From NCBI GenBank assembly GCA_950097015.1, contig CATNEN010000002.1:3658001-3722000 (forward strand): DNA of 64,000 bases. The letters are read 5' to 3'. The notes below the pieces were generated by a model, which saw only the letters and a list, made by a program, of their open reading frames with translations, was not told the origin of the DNA and searched no databases. The DNA comes from Macrostomum hystrix. Lineage: Eukaryota > Animalia > Platyhelminthes. The translations under genes and the position numbers were made by a program. Positions 1-10,599 of the stretch are shown piece by piece. Positions within the stretch are counted from its first letter, which is position 1, and every line of letters begins with the position of its first letter.

Positions 1-363
1 CTTCAAAATTACTTTTTCGTTTTTTATCTTGCTTAATTTTTGTTTTTTCGCTACATTTTCAATTAAAAACGGGACTTTCTCCGTTTCAGTTAAAAATGCA
101 GATTTAAAACCGGCTAACAAAGTAGGTCAACTGCTGTGGACAGTTTTAAGAAAAATACATGGGGAAAGAACTGCTTTCCAAGCTGCAACAGCAGGTGTAG
201 CTAAAGTCACAGGTGACAGTCATTATCCTTGTTATCAATAGTTTGCAGTGATTTGTATTCACAATCCTTAGCCTTAGCCTCAGACGTGCATAAAAAATCT
301 CAATAGAAAGGTGGCTCTTGAAGGTCTCAATTAGCGACAATGATACAAAAGGATTGTCGCGAT

Positions 364-1621
364 TCAAGAAGATATATTATTATTACTGTCAAGGCTTTGT
401 TCAGAACTAAAAGCCTTGCCTGAGTCTGCAGACTGGCTGTTAGCGAAGATACATTCGGGTGTTGAATGTGCTGTTAGCGAAGATACATTCGGGTGTTGAA
501 TGTGCTGTTTGTAAATGTTTGTTCGGGTGTTGAATGTGTTGTTTGTAAATATTCGTTCGGGTGTTGAATGTGTTGTTTGTAAATGTTTGTTCGGGTGTTG
601 AATGTGCTGTTTGTAAATGTTTGTTCGGGTGTTGAATGTGTTGTTTGTAAATGTTTGTTCGGGTGTTGAATGTGCTGTTTGTGAGTGTACACTCGACTGT
701 TGAATGTGCTGTTTGTAAATGTTTGTTCGGGAGTTGAATGTGCTGTTTGTGAGTGTACACTCGACTGTTGAATGTGATGTTTAAAAATGTTTGTTCGGGT
801 GTTGAATGTGCTGTTTGTGAGTGTACATTCGGGTGTTGAATGTTCCGTGGCAGAAGCAACTCACGGATCAACGCAGGTCACACTCAGCGAGTCCATGGTG
901 GTCTGAGAGGCGCTTAAATCAAAGCTGGCCTTCTTGCTAGCGGTGCGATTGCTAAGACTTGGCCGCTGACTGGAGCTGGAGTGGCTCGTGGTTGATTTTC
1001 GTCGGTCAGTTAAATTGTCAGCGACACCTTTTTTCGTAAGTAAGTGATTTAAGTTAGCTCCGAACTTCACTAATCGCTGATTAATTGACTGTAAAGAGCG
1101 GTACCCCACGGACCAAGGTCCCTGAAATCGATTCCGCGGCGAGGCCACATTCATTTTGGGCGCAGCCGCGGAGAGAAGGCTTGGGGGCTTGTCGTGCAAT
1201 TCACCCCCTGGAGGGCCAACCTCCAAGGCACAGTGAGAGTGTACACTGCCTGACAATGAGAAGGTCAGGACAGATGTACACACCTGTGTGAGCGTGTTCT
1301 CATGAGTCTGCGGAATGGACAGAACTGCCTATTTGTTGGCTGCGGGGTCTTCTGCAACCAACTGATGTGCCATTTCCCACAGCCCTCCTGCAAATTACAG
1401 TAATTCCCACAGATCCTACCTGGCAAATCTCCTATTACCGATGGCGCAGCTGTTCCATCGCTGGTGGTTGGCGAGGCTGTGTCTTCTACAATAAGCGGCA
1501 GAGACGGCGGCGGTGGCGGCGTCGCTGCGTCAAAGTCCTCAACGGTGAAGCCTAAATTGGCAACGCCGAGAGGCGGGCTGGTGGGGTCCTTCGCGGCTCG
1601 GTCTGGCTCGCTCGTCATCAT
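364..1621 (-). CDS. Uncharacterised Ser/Pro-rich protein, 3 exons, about 159 aa
   Basis: Exons 1621-1439, 1088-865 and 436-364 have GT/AG sites and compatible phases (0, 2). The product runs MMTSEPDRAAK...SINQRLVKFGANLNHLL...PQSADSGKAFSSEQSLDSNNNISS*. No recognisable domain; the start Met is uncertain. Confidence 0.55.
455..842. repeat. 34-bp minisatellite in an intron
   Basis: Unit GGGTGTTGAATGTGCTGTTTGTAAATGTTTGTTC; period 34 (491 to 525). Confidence 0.9.
1095..1410 (+). mobile_element. tRNA-derived SINE family 1, copy in intron
   Basis: Shares GATTCCGCGGCGAG, CCGCGGAGAGAAGGCTTGGGGGCTTGTCGTGCAATT and CACTGCCTGAC..GAGAA.GTCAGG..CAGATGTACACACCTGTGTGA with the copies at about 16300 and 25100. 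Confidence 0.8.
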
Positions 1622-2398
1622 GCCGCTGACGCTAAGGAGGCCTTTGGGCGTCAAAGAATCAGATTTTTTTCTAAGGACTCCGTGACAGCGCTTGTCTGTC
1701 TCTCGATCTCGATCTCTTTATCCTTGTCTTTCTATCAATCTCTTCTCGGCTGTCTATCAATTTGTCATTGGCTCTATATCAATCTCTCCTCGTTTCTCTA
1801 TTAATTTGTCCACATCCTCATTCACATCCATATAAAAATAACCCACGATGGACCTGTAATTCTTACAGGTTAACTTACCTTATCAAACGCAAGGGCCAGT
1901 TATGTTAAAGATTTTTTCCTTCCAAAGACAAATCCCTGCGTTTAGTTGATAAAATATAAATTGATCATCCCAGTAAAGGATCTGTAGATCGATGGATGCC
2001 CAGCAGGTAGCAGAACAGCAGCTGAATTCGAAAAATTTCTTTTGCGAAAATCGCGCTCGCGTTTTTGCTCTTTTATCAAGCCCTAATCCTCAGCGCGGAC
2101 TTAATCCTCCCCTGTCCTAACCTAGAATATTCCTGCAGCCAATAGCTCTAAGAATTGAGAAGACGAACTCAAGCCGAAGGCGAGAGGATTCACTGGGCCG
2201 GCGAGGGCGGGGTTCAGAACACAGGTGCTCTGAGCACAGACGAATCAACTAAGGTACGCGAATTGAGAGCAGGTACGGCAGTTATCGACTCAAGAAGCTC
2301 TTCTTATTATAAATTTAGACCCGCATTTTTCTCTCGAATCGCAGTGGAGATTTCTCGAAGAATGAAAAACTAGTTCAGGCGAAGGTCGATGTAGAATT

Positions 2399-3512
2399 TT
2401 ATAACTTTTTTAATTCAATTGTTTCATTTTTGTCCATTGCGACCATTCGTGCGGCCTCAATATTCTGCTGGCATGCATTTAAGTGAGTGAGTGAGTGAGT
2501 GAGTGAGTGGGTGAGTGAGTGAGCTAGTAAGTGAATGAGTGAGTGAGTGAGGGAGTGAGTGAGTGAGTGAGCGAGTGAGTGAGTGAGTGAGTGAGCTAGT
2601 GAGTGAGTGAGCTAGTAAGTGAATGAGTGAGTGAGTGAGGGAGTGAGGGAGTGAGTGAGTGAGGGAGTGAGTGAGTGAGTGAGTGAGTGAGTGAGTGAGT
2701 GAGTGTGTGTGTGAGTGAGTGAGGGAGTGAGTGAGTGAGCTAGTAAGTGAATGAGTGAGTGAGTGAAGGAGTGGGTGAGTGAGTGAGTGAGTGAGTGAGT
2801 GAGTGAGTGAGTGAGGGAGTGAGTGAGTGAGTGAAGGAGTGGGTGAGTGAGTGAGTGAGGGAGTGAGTGAGTAAGTGAGTGAGTGAGTGAGTGAGGGAGG
2901 GAGTGAGTGAGTGAGTGAGTGAGTGAGTGTGAGTGAGTGTGTGAGTGAGTAAGCTAGTGAGTGAGTGATCTAGTAAGTGAGTGAGTGAGTGAGTGAGTGA
3001 GTGAGTGAGTGAGTGAGTGAGGGAGTGAGTGAGTGAGTGAAGGAGTGGGTGAGTGAGTGAGTGAGTGAGTGAGTGAGTGAGTGAGTGTGAGTGAGTGTGT
3101 GAGTGAGTAAGCTAGTGAGTGAGTGATCTAGTAAGTGAGTGAGTGAGTGAGTGAGTGAGTGAGTGAGTGAGTGAGTGATCTAGTAAGTGAGTGAGTGAGT
3201 GAGTGAGTGAGTGAGTGAGTGAATGAGTGTGGATACCCCGGAAAATAATGAGCAAAACTGGATGCAGTGAGTTGAGAAAAAATGATGTCCCATGCGAGAA
3301 GGCAACGGATCCAGTAATAGGCATGAATAACGCTTATCATTTGCCTCATCCTGCTTAGCAACAAGTACTTCATTCTTCGTGAACGTGACAAACCGGGCAA
3401 CAACTACGATACATTTCTTGGCAAGCAAGCTAGGTTGAGCGGATAATTGAGACACTTTCCCAACTTACATGGAGGTGATGAAGACAAATTGAGACCAGCC
3501 ATGAATGTGCAT
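2399..3512 (-). CDS. Putative small protein of about 101 aa with a hydrophobic N-terminus
   Basis: Exons 3512-3469, 3429-3237 and 2467-2399 join in frame (MHIHGWSQFVFITSILLAKKCIVVVARF...HCIQFCSLFSGQNIEAARM...ELKKL*). Intron 1 is only 39 nt (GTAAGT...CTAG) and the intron 2 donor (GTATCC) is weak. No family recognised. Confidence 0.35.
2484..3228. repeat. (GAGT)n microsatellite
   Basis: About 740 bp of GAGT with GCTA/GGAG interruptions. Confidence 0.95.
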
Positions 3513-4013
3513 CAAGAAAGTAACCGGTGGAATTTTGCGAAAACTGCTAAACTTCTTTTTATTAAGTACAAAAGCCGTCCTAATCGAGTCATTTCTAGGT
3601 TTTCTCATCACTCACATGTCATGTCTTCCGTGTCTCATCTCTCACATGTCACGTCTTCCGTGTCTTATCTCTCACATGTCACGTCTTCCGTGTCTCATCT
3701 CTCACATGTCATGTTTTCCGTGTCTTATCTCTCACTTAACATGTCTTCCGTGTCTCATCTCTCACATACCATGTCTTCCGTGTCTCATCTCTCACATACC
3801 TTGTGTGTTGTACTTTTATATGTGTTGTACTTTCATTATATAGAAACTAGTATTTGACCGTTGCAGCTAAATATCCCATAGACAATTCGTTCTACCTGTT
3901 TGTTTGCGAGGACCGCGTTAAGAGTGTTTGCGGCTCTAGCTTTCGTGGTAACCCCGGGCTTTGCTATCTACACAAATACATTAGACCACAAGCTATCGCG
4001 GCAATACGCAACG

Positions 4014-4724
4014 ATGGCAAGCGCAGTCAAATTCAGCGACATAATCAAGCAGTACGACGGTGAAGAGGATTTTTCGCGCTGGGCAAAGAAGCTCGAACTC
4101 GTTGCCAAGCTCCAAAAAGTGAATGACCTGGCTGCTTTCATCCCACTATTTCTATCGGGAGGTGCGTTCGCCGTGTACCAGGCACTAAACGAGGAAAGCA
4201 AGTCGGACTACAAAACTCTGAAAGCGGCTCTTACCTCAGCGTTCTGCCCAAACAAGTACAAAGCATACGACGAGTTCGTGTCACGCAGGCTCGGCCCCGG
4301 GGAGTCCGTGGACGTTTTTCTCGCGGATCTCACGAGGCTTGCACGCCTAGTGGACGAGATCCCCGGGGAAGAATGGATCAAATGCGCATTCGTCCGCGGG
4401 CTTCCAGCAACCGTCAGTCAGCAGCTGATCGCTTCCTGCTCTCTAAAAGAGCTCGAACTCCATGAACTAGCGGAGAAAGCTAGAAACTTAACGATCAGTC
4501 GCGAGTCCTGCTGTGTTGTCTCGAGCGCAGGAAATGCGCGAAGCGCTGGAAAGTTCGCCCCACGCAACAAAGTGATGTCGTGCTACTCGTGCGGCAAGGA
4601 GGGCCATGTGAGCAAAGAGTGCATGGAACGCAACCGAGCGAATCAAGGTTGTTTTGTTTGTGGAAAAGCGGGACATGTGGCTGCTCGATGCCCGCAGCGC
4701 GCCGATTTTCAAAAAAACGAGTGA
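4014..4724 (+). CDS. gag: Gag with two CCHC zinc knuckles (236 aa)
   Basis: ATG at 4014; knuckles CYSCGKEGHVSKEC and CFVCGKAGHVAARC. Confidence 0.92.
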   Translation: MASAVKFSDIIKQYDGEEDFSRWAKKLELVAKLQKVNDLAAFIPLFLSGGAFAVYQALNEESKSDYKTLKAALTSAFCPNKYKAYDEFVSRRLGPGESVDVFLADLTRLARLVDEIPGEEWIKCAFVRGLPATVSQQLIASCSLKELELHELAEKARNLTISRESCCVVSSAGNARSAGKFAPRNKVMSCYSCGKEGHVSKECMERNRANQGCFVCGKAGHVAARCPQRADFQKNE

Positions 4725-7700
4725 TGGAAGCGCGGAATGTTTGCGCCAACGGGCTTCCTTGTGCACCGGCGCACCTACCATCGTTAAGTGTTCATGTTAA
4801 TAGTTTGGTCGTTTCTGCTTTAGTAGATACTGGTTGTTCGCGGTCCATCGTTTCTTCACAAGTTACTGGAGTTAAAAAACGTCCCGTTCACGAGAGGGTC
4901 ACGATGATGAATGGTGACTCAGCAGAATGTGAATGGGAGGCTGACGTTACTTTGTCTGTTCGAGGCCACCAATTACCAGTGCTGCGATGTATCGTTATGG
5001 ACATCCTTCCTGGGTTCGATTTGCTGCTTGGGATGGATGCCATCAGCCGATTGGGCGGTGTCTCTGTGAAGCGAGATTGCCGCAGTGTCCGCTTCGGTAT
5101 TGAAGAGCAGTCATTAGCGCTGGAGACTGCTGCGGTAGCCAAGGCTTTCTCAAAACCAAAGGCGGAGTCACCTGTGAGCTGTCCGGCAGGAGAGGTCGAG
5201 TCACCTGTGAGCTGTCCGGCAGGAGAGGTCGAGTCACCTGTGAGCTGTCCGGCAGGAGAGGTCGAGTCACCTGTGAGCTGTCCGGCAGGAGAGGTCGAGT
5301 CACCTGTGAGCTGTCCGGCAGGAGAGGTCGAGTCACCTGTGAGCTGTCCGGCAGGAGAGGTCGAGTCACCTGTGAGCTGTCCGGCAGGAGAGGTCGAGTC
5401 ACCTGTGAGCTGTCCGGCAGGAGAGGTCGAGTCACCTGTGAGCTGTCCGGCAGGAGAGGTCGAGTCACCTGTGAGCTGTCCGGCAAGAGGAGCGAGGCTT
5501 GCGAAAAATACTTTAACCGAGGCGTGCCTGGTGCTTGAGGAAAAAGACTTCTCTGCTAAGTTTATCGATGGAGAGTGGACAGTGGCATGGAAGTGGCTGG
5601 ATGAGGCCCCACTACTGTCAAATACGATAGCTCAATACCGAGTCCCACCAGAGGCGGTAGGCGAGTATGAGTCAGAGATAAAAGACTGGATTCAGCGAGG
5701 TTGGCTGCTACCGTTCGAAGGTGACAGTGACGGCGTCATCCCTCTGATGGCAGTGGTGCAGACCAACAAAGCAAAGGTGCGGCCTGTACTCGACTATCGC
5801 GAGTTGAACCAGTACGTGTCAAGCCACACCGCTGAAAGCGTCGTGTGCGGCGCCAAGCTCCGGGCCTGGCGGCGGCTCGGTGAGAATGCGAGTATCATCG
5901 ACCTGCGGAAGGCCTACCTACAACTGCGATTGGACCCCAGTCTCTGGCGCTACCAAGTAGTGAGGTTCAAAGGCCGCCGTTACTGTCTCACCCGGTTAGG
6001 ATTCGGACTCAACGTGGCGCCAAAAATTATGACGGCGGTTGTGAACAAAGTCCTGTCGATGGAAGACGACGTGCGTGAGGCCACGGACTCTTACATTGAC
6101 GACATTATTGTGAACAATAGCAAGATTCCGAATGAACGCGTAACTGGGTTGCTTGCCCGGTTCGGGCTAGAAGCCAAGCCTCCTGAGAGCCTCATTGGGG
6201 GCCGCGTGCTCGGCCTCCGCGTCTACCGTCGAGAGGATGGGGTCATTTGCTGGAAACGAGACAATGTCCTCTCTCAGTTGAAAGGTCCAGCAACACGACG
6301 GCAACTATTCTCCTGGTGCGGCCAGCTAGTAGGCCATTTCCCCGTCGCCGCATGGCTGCGTGTCGCATGCAGCTACTTGAAGCGGGTCACCAGCACAATC
6401 GCGTGGGACGCTATCGTCAGCGAGTCTGCCATGCGGATCGCCCAAGAAATCAGCGGAATGGTCCAGGAACGAGATCCTGTCGCTGGGGTGTGGACCGTTG
6501 ACGAGACTTCGAGCTGTCGCGTCTGGTGCGATGCCAGCAGCATCGCCATTGGAGCCGTCATCGAAATTGGTGGCGTAATCGTGGAGGACGCCTCGTGGTT
6601 GCGAAAACAGGACGACGCTGCGCACATCAATCTTGCCGAACTTGAGGCGGTCATTAAGGGTCTCAACCTTGCCCTCGCTTGGGGTACGAGGAAAGTTGAA
6701 GTGTTGACTGATTCTGCAACCGTGCACGGCTGGCTCCAGTCTTTGATTGTCGGCGATAAGCCCGTGCGAGTCAAAGGTCTCGGTGAAGCTCTGGTTCGGA
6801 AACGGCTATCATTAATCCGAGACACGGCGTCGGAGTGCGAGCTCGAGCTACTGACATCGCTGGTGCCATCTTCAGCAAACAAGGCAGACGCACTGACGCG
6901 AGTACCGCAACAGTGGCTGCGCCAGCGGCCCTTCTGTGCAGTGGCGCTGCGCCCCGTTGACATGGATCTCCGTGCGTGCCACGAGAAGCACCACTTCGGG
7001 GTGGACAGGACGCTCTACCTGGCCAAACTGTGCTTCCCTGAACGTGAGGTACTGCGTGAAGAGGTTGAGCGCATCGTTGCAAATTGCATCCGATGCAAGT
7101 CCGTAGACCCTGCGCCGATGGTTTGGGACCATGGCAGACTCGAGGTGGATGCAAACTGGTGGCGCTTGGCCTGCGACGTGACCCACTTTAAGGACGACCG
7201 CTATCTGTCCATTGTTGACTGCGGGCCGAGCAGATTCTCGCTGTGGCGAAAACTCACCGACGAGCGGACAGCGTCAATTACCGGGATACTCGTGCAGGTG
7301 TTCCGAGAGCGGGGCCCTCCCTGGCAGCTGCTTCTCGACAATTCACCGACCTTCCGCTCCGCTGAGGTCCGTGCGTTTTGTGAGGCTTGGGGAGTGCAGC
7401 TCCTCTTCCGTTGCGCTCACCGGCCGTCAGGCAACGGAATAGTCGAGCGCAATCATCGGACGATTAAGCGGATGGCAGCCAGAACCGGAAAGGACGTGCT
7501 GGAAATGGTGTTCTGGTACAACATGGCTCCAAAGGATGGCACTCGCAAGGACAGCGTGCCCAGCAGAATGGTCAGCACCTATGACTGGAAGCCGCCAACT
7601 GTGTCTCTCCCTGAGGCCTTGGAGACCTTGGAGGCAAACCCCACCCTGCCAGTGGGAACAGAAGTGTTTGTTAAACCGCCGGCCGTCAGATGCACCGACG

Positions 7701-7893
7701 AGTGGCCTAGGGGACGCGTGACGGGCCAGGGACAAGGGTCTACGGTGGAGGCCTTCCCCGTCACGTAGCTGACGTCCGCCCGGCACCAGACACGCAACCG
7801 CAGCCTCCTGGGGTGGAGCGAGCTGTCGAGCGGGATGCCGAACCACGACGGTCTAATAGGGTGAAGTCGGCGCCGGTCCGTTACGAACCTTGA
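4712..7893 (+). CDS. pol: Pol (protease, RT, RNase H, integrase) in the -1 frame; frameshift near the C-terminus in this copy
   Basis: Motifs LVDTGCS (PR), YIDD (RT), WCDAS...HINLAELEAV (RH), HHFG...C..C plus DVTHF / LLDNS / GIVERNHR (IN). The ORF stops at 7768, but the tail LPRHVADVR...RRSNRVKSAPVRYEP* continues in another frame to 7893. Confidence 0.9.
5165..5487 (+). repeat. 33-bp in-frame tandem repeat inside pol (ESPVSCPAGEV, 9 full copies plus 1 partial)
   Basis: GAGTCACCTGTGAGCTGTCCGGCAGGAGAGGTC from 5165; the last, partial copy starts at 5462. Confidence 0.95.
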
Positions 7894-8399
7894 TCTCTTG
7901 TGATCCGGAGATCAGGGGGTGATGTGTTGTACCTTTATATGTGTTGTACTTTCATTATATAGAAACTAGTATTTGACCGTTGCAGCTAAATATCCCATAG
8001 ACAATTCGTTCTACCTGTTTGTTTGCGAGGACCGCGTTAAGAGTGTTTGCGGCTCTAGCTTTCGTGGTAACCCCGGGCTTTGCTATCTACACAAATACAT
8101 TAGACCACACCTTGTCTTCCGTGTCTCATCTCTCACATACCATGTCTTCCGTGTCTCATCTCTCACATACCATGTCTTCCGTGTCTCATCTCCCACATAC
8201 CATGTCTTCCGTGTCTCATCTCTCACATACCATGTCTTCTGTATCTCATCTCCCACATACCATGTCTTCCGTGTCTCATCTCTCACATACCATGTCTTCT
8301 GTATCTCATCTCCCACATACCATGTCTTCCGTGTCTCATCTCTCACATACCATGTCTTCCGTGTCTCATCTTTTACATGTCATGTCTTCCGTGTCTCAT

Positions 8400-9405
8400 G
8401 ACGGCTCCCTGATGAACGGAATCTCAGGATTCGGAGCCTGTATCTACAAGGGAGGAGAGGTCGTCTGGACTCACTCCCAGCACACGGGGAAAAACTCCAG
8501 CGTTTTTCAGAACGAGATGCTCGCCATCAGTTCATGTGCAGCAGAGTTGCGCCAGAGGGGGCTCACTGACCGGAAGATCTTTTTCCACTCCGATAGTCAA
8601 GACGCCCTCCGGGCCCTCGACCGCAGCACCACCTGCTCTAAGACCACCTTGGACTGCAACGCCCAGCTCAACGAGTTGGCGCGGGCCAACGAGGTCAAGC
8701 TCAAATGGATCCAGGTCACGCTGGCTTCCCAGGGAATGAGATGGCGGACCAGCTCGCAAAAGCTGGAGCAGCCAGCACCCTGGCTGGGCCAGAACCTGGC
8801 GCTCCTATCCCCGTCACTGTGACCAACATCAAGCTGAAACGCTGGATGGAGGCACAGCACCTGGACAGATGGACCAAGACCCAAAACTGCAAGCAGTCCA
8901 GGGCAGCGGTACCATGTCCGTCTCACCGCCTGCGCAAAGCCCTCCTAAGGCTGAACCGCAGAGATCTCCGCGCTGTCAGCATGGCCCTCTCAGGGCATGG
9001 CTGTTTCTCTCGGCACCGCTTTCTCCAGGGCCAGCTCCAGGAGGACAAATGCACATTCTGTAGCTCGGGCAGTGAAAACGCCGAGCACTTTATATGCCAC
9101 TGCCCAGTTTTCACCAGGGCAAGGCTTGAACACCTTGGGCCAAACCCAACTCTCTCCGATGCTTGCAGGCCCGAGAGCATCCCTCAGCTTGCCCGGTACC
9201 TCCGGGATACGGGGCGAGCCAACGTCTTTCCCACTGACAGTGCGGAGGACCATGCTGCAGGCGAGTCCGACGGGCCACCCTGAGCAACACCACCTCTCCT
9301 GAGGTCGTCTGGTTTGCCAGGGGTTAGCGGAATGGGCGGTCCCCTCCGCCTCCTTGCTGCGTCCGCCGGTACGGAGCACCCTGCAGATAAGTCAAGTAAG
9401 TCAAG
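8400..9405 (+). mobile_element. 5'-truncated non-LTR retrotransposon (RNase H plus CCHC; LOA/R1-like), frameshifted
   Basis: RNase H motifs DGS...SVFQNEMLAI...SDSQ...WI/PGHAGFPGNEMADQLAK with a 1-nt frameshift near 8711. Zinc finger CTFC...ENAEHFICHC; stop at 9283. Tail TAAGTCAAGTAAGTCAAG. Apparent 12-bp TSD TCCGTGTCTCAT at 8388-8399 and 9406-9417 (ambiguous because it lies inside a repeat). Confidence 0.88.
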
Positions 9406-10599
9406 TCCGTGTCTCATCTTTTACATGTCACGTCTTCCGTGTCTCATCTTTTACATGTCACGTCTTCCGTGTCTCATCTTTTACATGTCACGTCTTCCGT
9501 GTCTCATCTTTTACATGTCACGTCTTCCGTGTCTCATATTTTACATGTCACGTCTTCCGTGTCTCATCTTTTACATGTCACGTCTTCCGTGTCTCATCTT
9601 TCACATGTCATTTCTTCCGTGTCTTATCTTTTACATGTCACGTCTTCCGTGTCTCATCTTTTACATGTCACATCTTCCGTGTCTCATCTTTCACATGTCA
9701 TTTCTTCCGTGTCTTATCTTTTACATGTCACGTCTTCCGTGTCTCATCTTTCACATGTCATTTCTTCCGTGTCTTATCTTTTACATGTCACGTCTTCCGG
9801 GTCTCATCTTTTACATGTCACATCTTCCGTGTCTCATCTTTCACATGTCATTTCTTCCGTGTCTTATCTTTTACATGTCACGTCTTCCGTGTCTCATCTT
9901 TCACATGTCATTTCTTCCGTGTCTTATCTTTTACATGTCACGTCTTCCGGGTCTCATCTTTTACATGTCACATCTTCCGTGTCTCATCTTTCACATGTCA
10001 TTTCTTCCGTGTCTTATCTTTTACATTTCACGTCTTCCGTGTCACATCTCTCATATTATGTCTTCCGTGTCTCGTTTCTGCCACGCCTCATCTCTCCAAT
10101 GTCTCCTAAAGCCTTAATCAATTTTCAAGAGTGTCATGTTCACTTTATTAGCAGCAATTAGGTTAATTAGGTCTTAGACTAGCAGCAATATATTTACAAA
10201 GGCGGAAATAAGGGTGTGACCGGAAACAAGTTAAAATCAGAGCATATGACTTATTTAGTCGCATGTGTTTTTGGATGCAAAAACTATTAGAACAATGTGA
10301 CTCGTTAACCCAATTTCCCAGGCGCCAATTAGTGAAGTAGCGGATGCAGGCACTAAGATGCGGAATTGAAGTGAAGAAAATAGTAACCAATTAACCTAAT
10401 TAATCAGCTTTTAATTATCCACTGACAACTAAAAACTAGACAAATTAGTAGATCCGGAACACAAGGCGACGATGATCACAGATTTTCTTGTCTTTTAACT
10501 CGGAAACTAGCAGGGTAACTATTGTTTTATTATGTACAACAAGACTTCGTGACACAGCTTCAATTACTAGAAGTATTATAACTTGAAATTCATAGAAGA

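Larger units (their letters stand above)
3804..8109 (+). mobile_element. Full-length Ty3/Gypsy-type LTR retrotransposon (4.3 kb)
   Basis: 187-bp LTRs at 3804-3990 and 7923-8109 (TGTG...CACA, 1 mismatch). 5-bp TSD CCTTG at 3799-3803 and 8110-8114. Purine-rich tract GGAGATCAGGGGGTGA at 7907-7922. Domain order gag, PR, RT, RH, IN. Confidence 0.97.
3605..10075. repeat. 30-bp minisatellite array split by an LTR element and a LINE
   Basis: Unit about CATGTCACGTCTTCCGTGTCTCATCTTTTA; segments at about 3605-3803, 8110-8399 and 9406-10075. Confidence 0.9.

Noticed and set aside
4015-4030. TGGCAAGCGC as a canonical PBS
   Set aside because: It is 24 nt from the LTR, overlaps the gag ATG, and I recognise no matching tRNA 3' end.
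8019-8822. Apparent LTR-minisatellite-RNase H fusion ORF
   Set aside because: Chance read-through from the LTR across the repeat into a truncated, frameshifted LINE; it starts at a non-ATG codon in the LTR.
10163-10390. PIG-Y-like second cistron downstream of PreY, as in the mammalian PYURF-PIGY transcript
   Set aside because: The 75-aa ORF starts at a non-ATG codon, lacks PIG-Y's two TM helices, and lies beyond the PreY poly(A) signal.
10156-10401. MITE bounded by the 13-bp inverted repeat AATTAGGTTAATT
   Set aside because: The repeat is AT-rich and low complexity, with no TSD and no second copy of the interior in the window.
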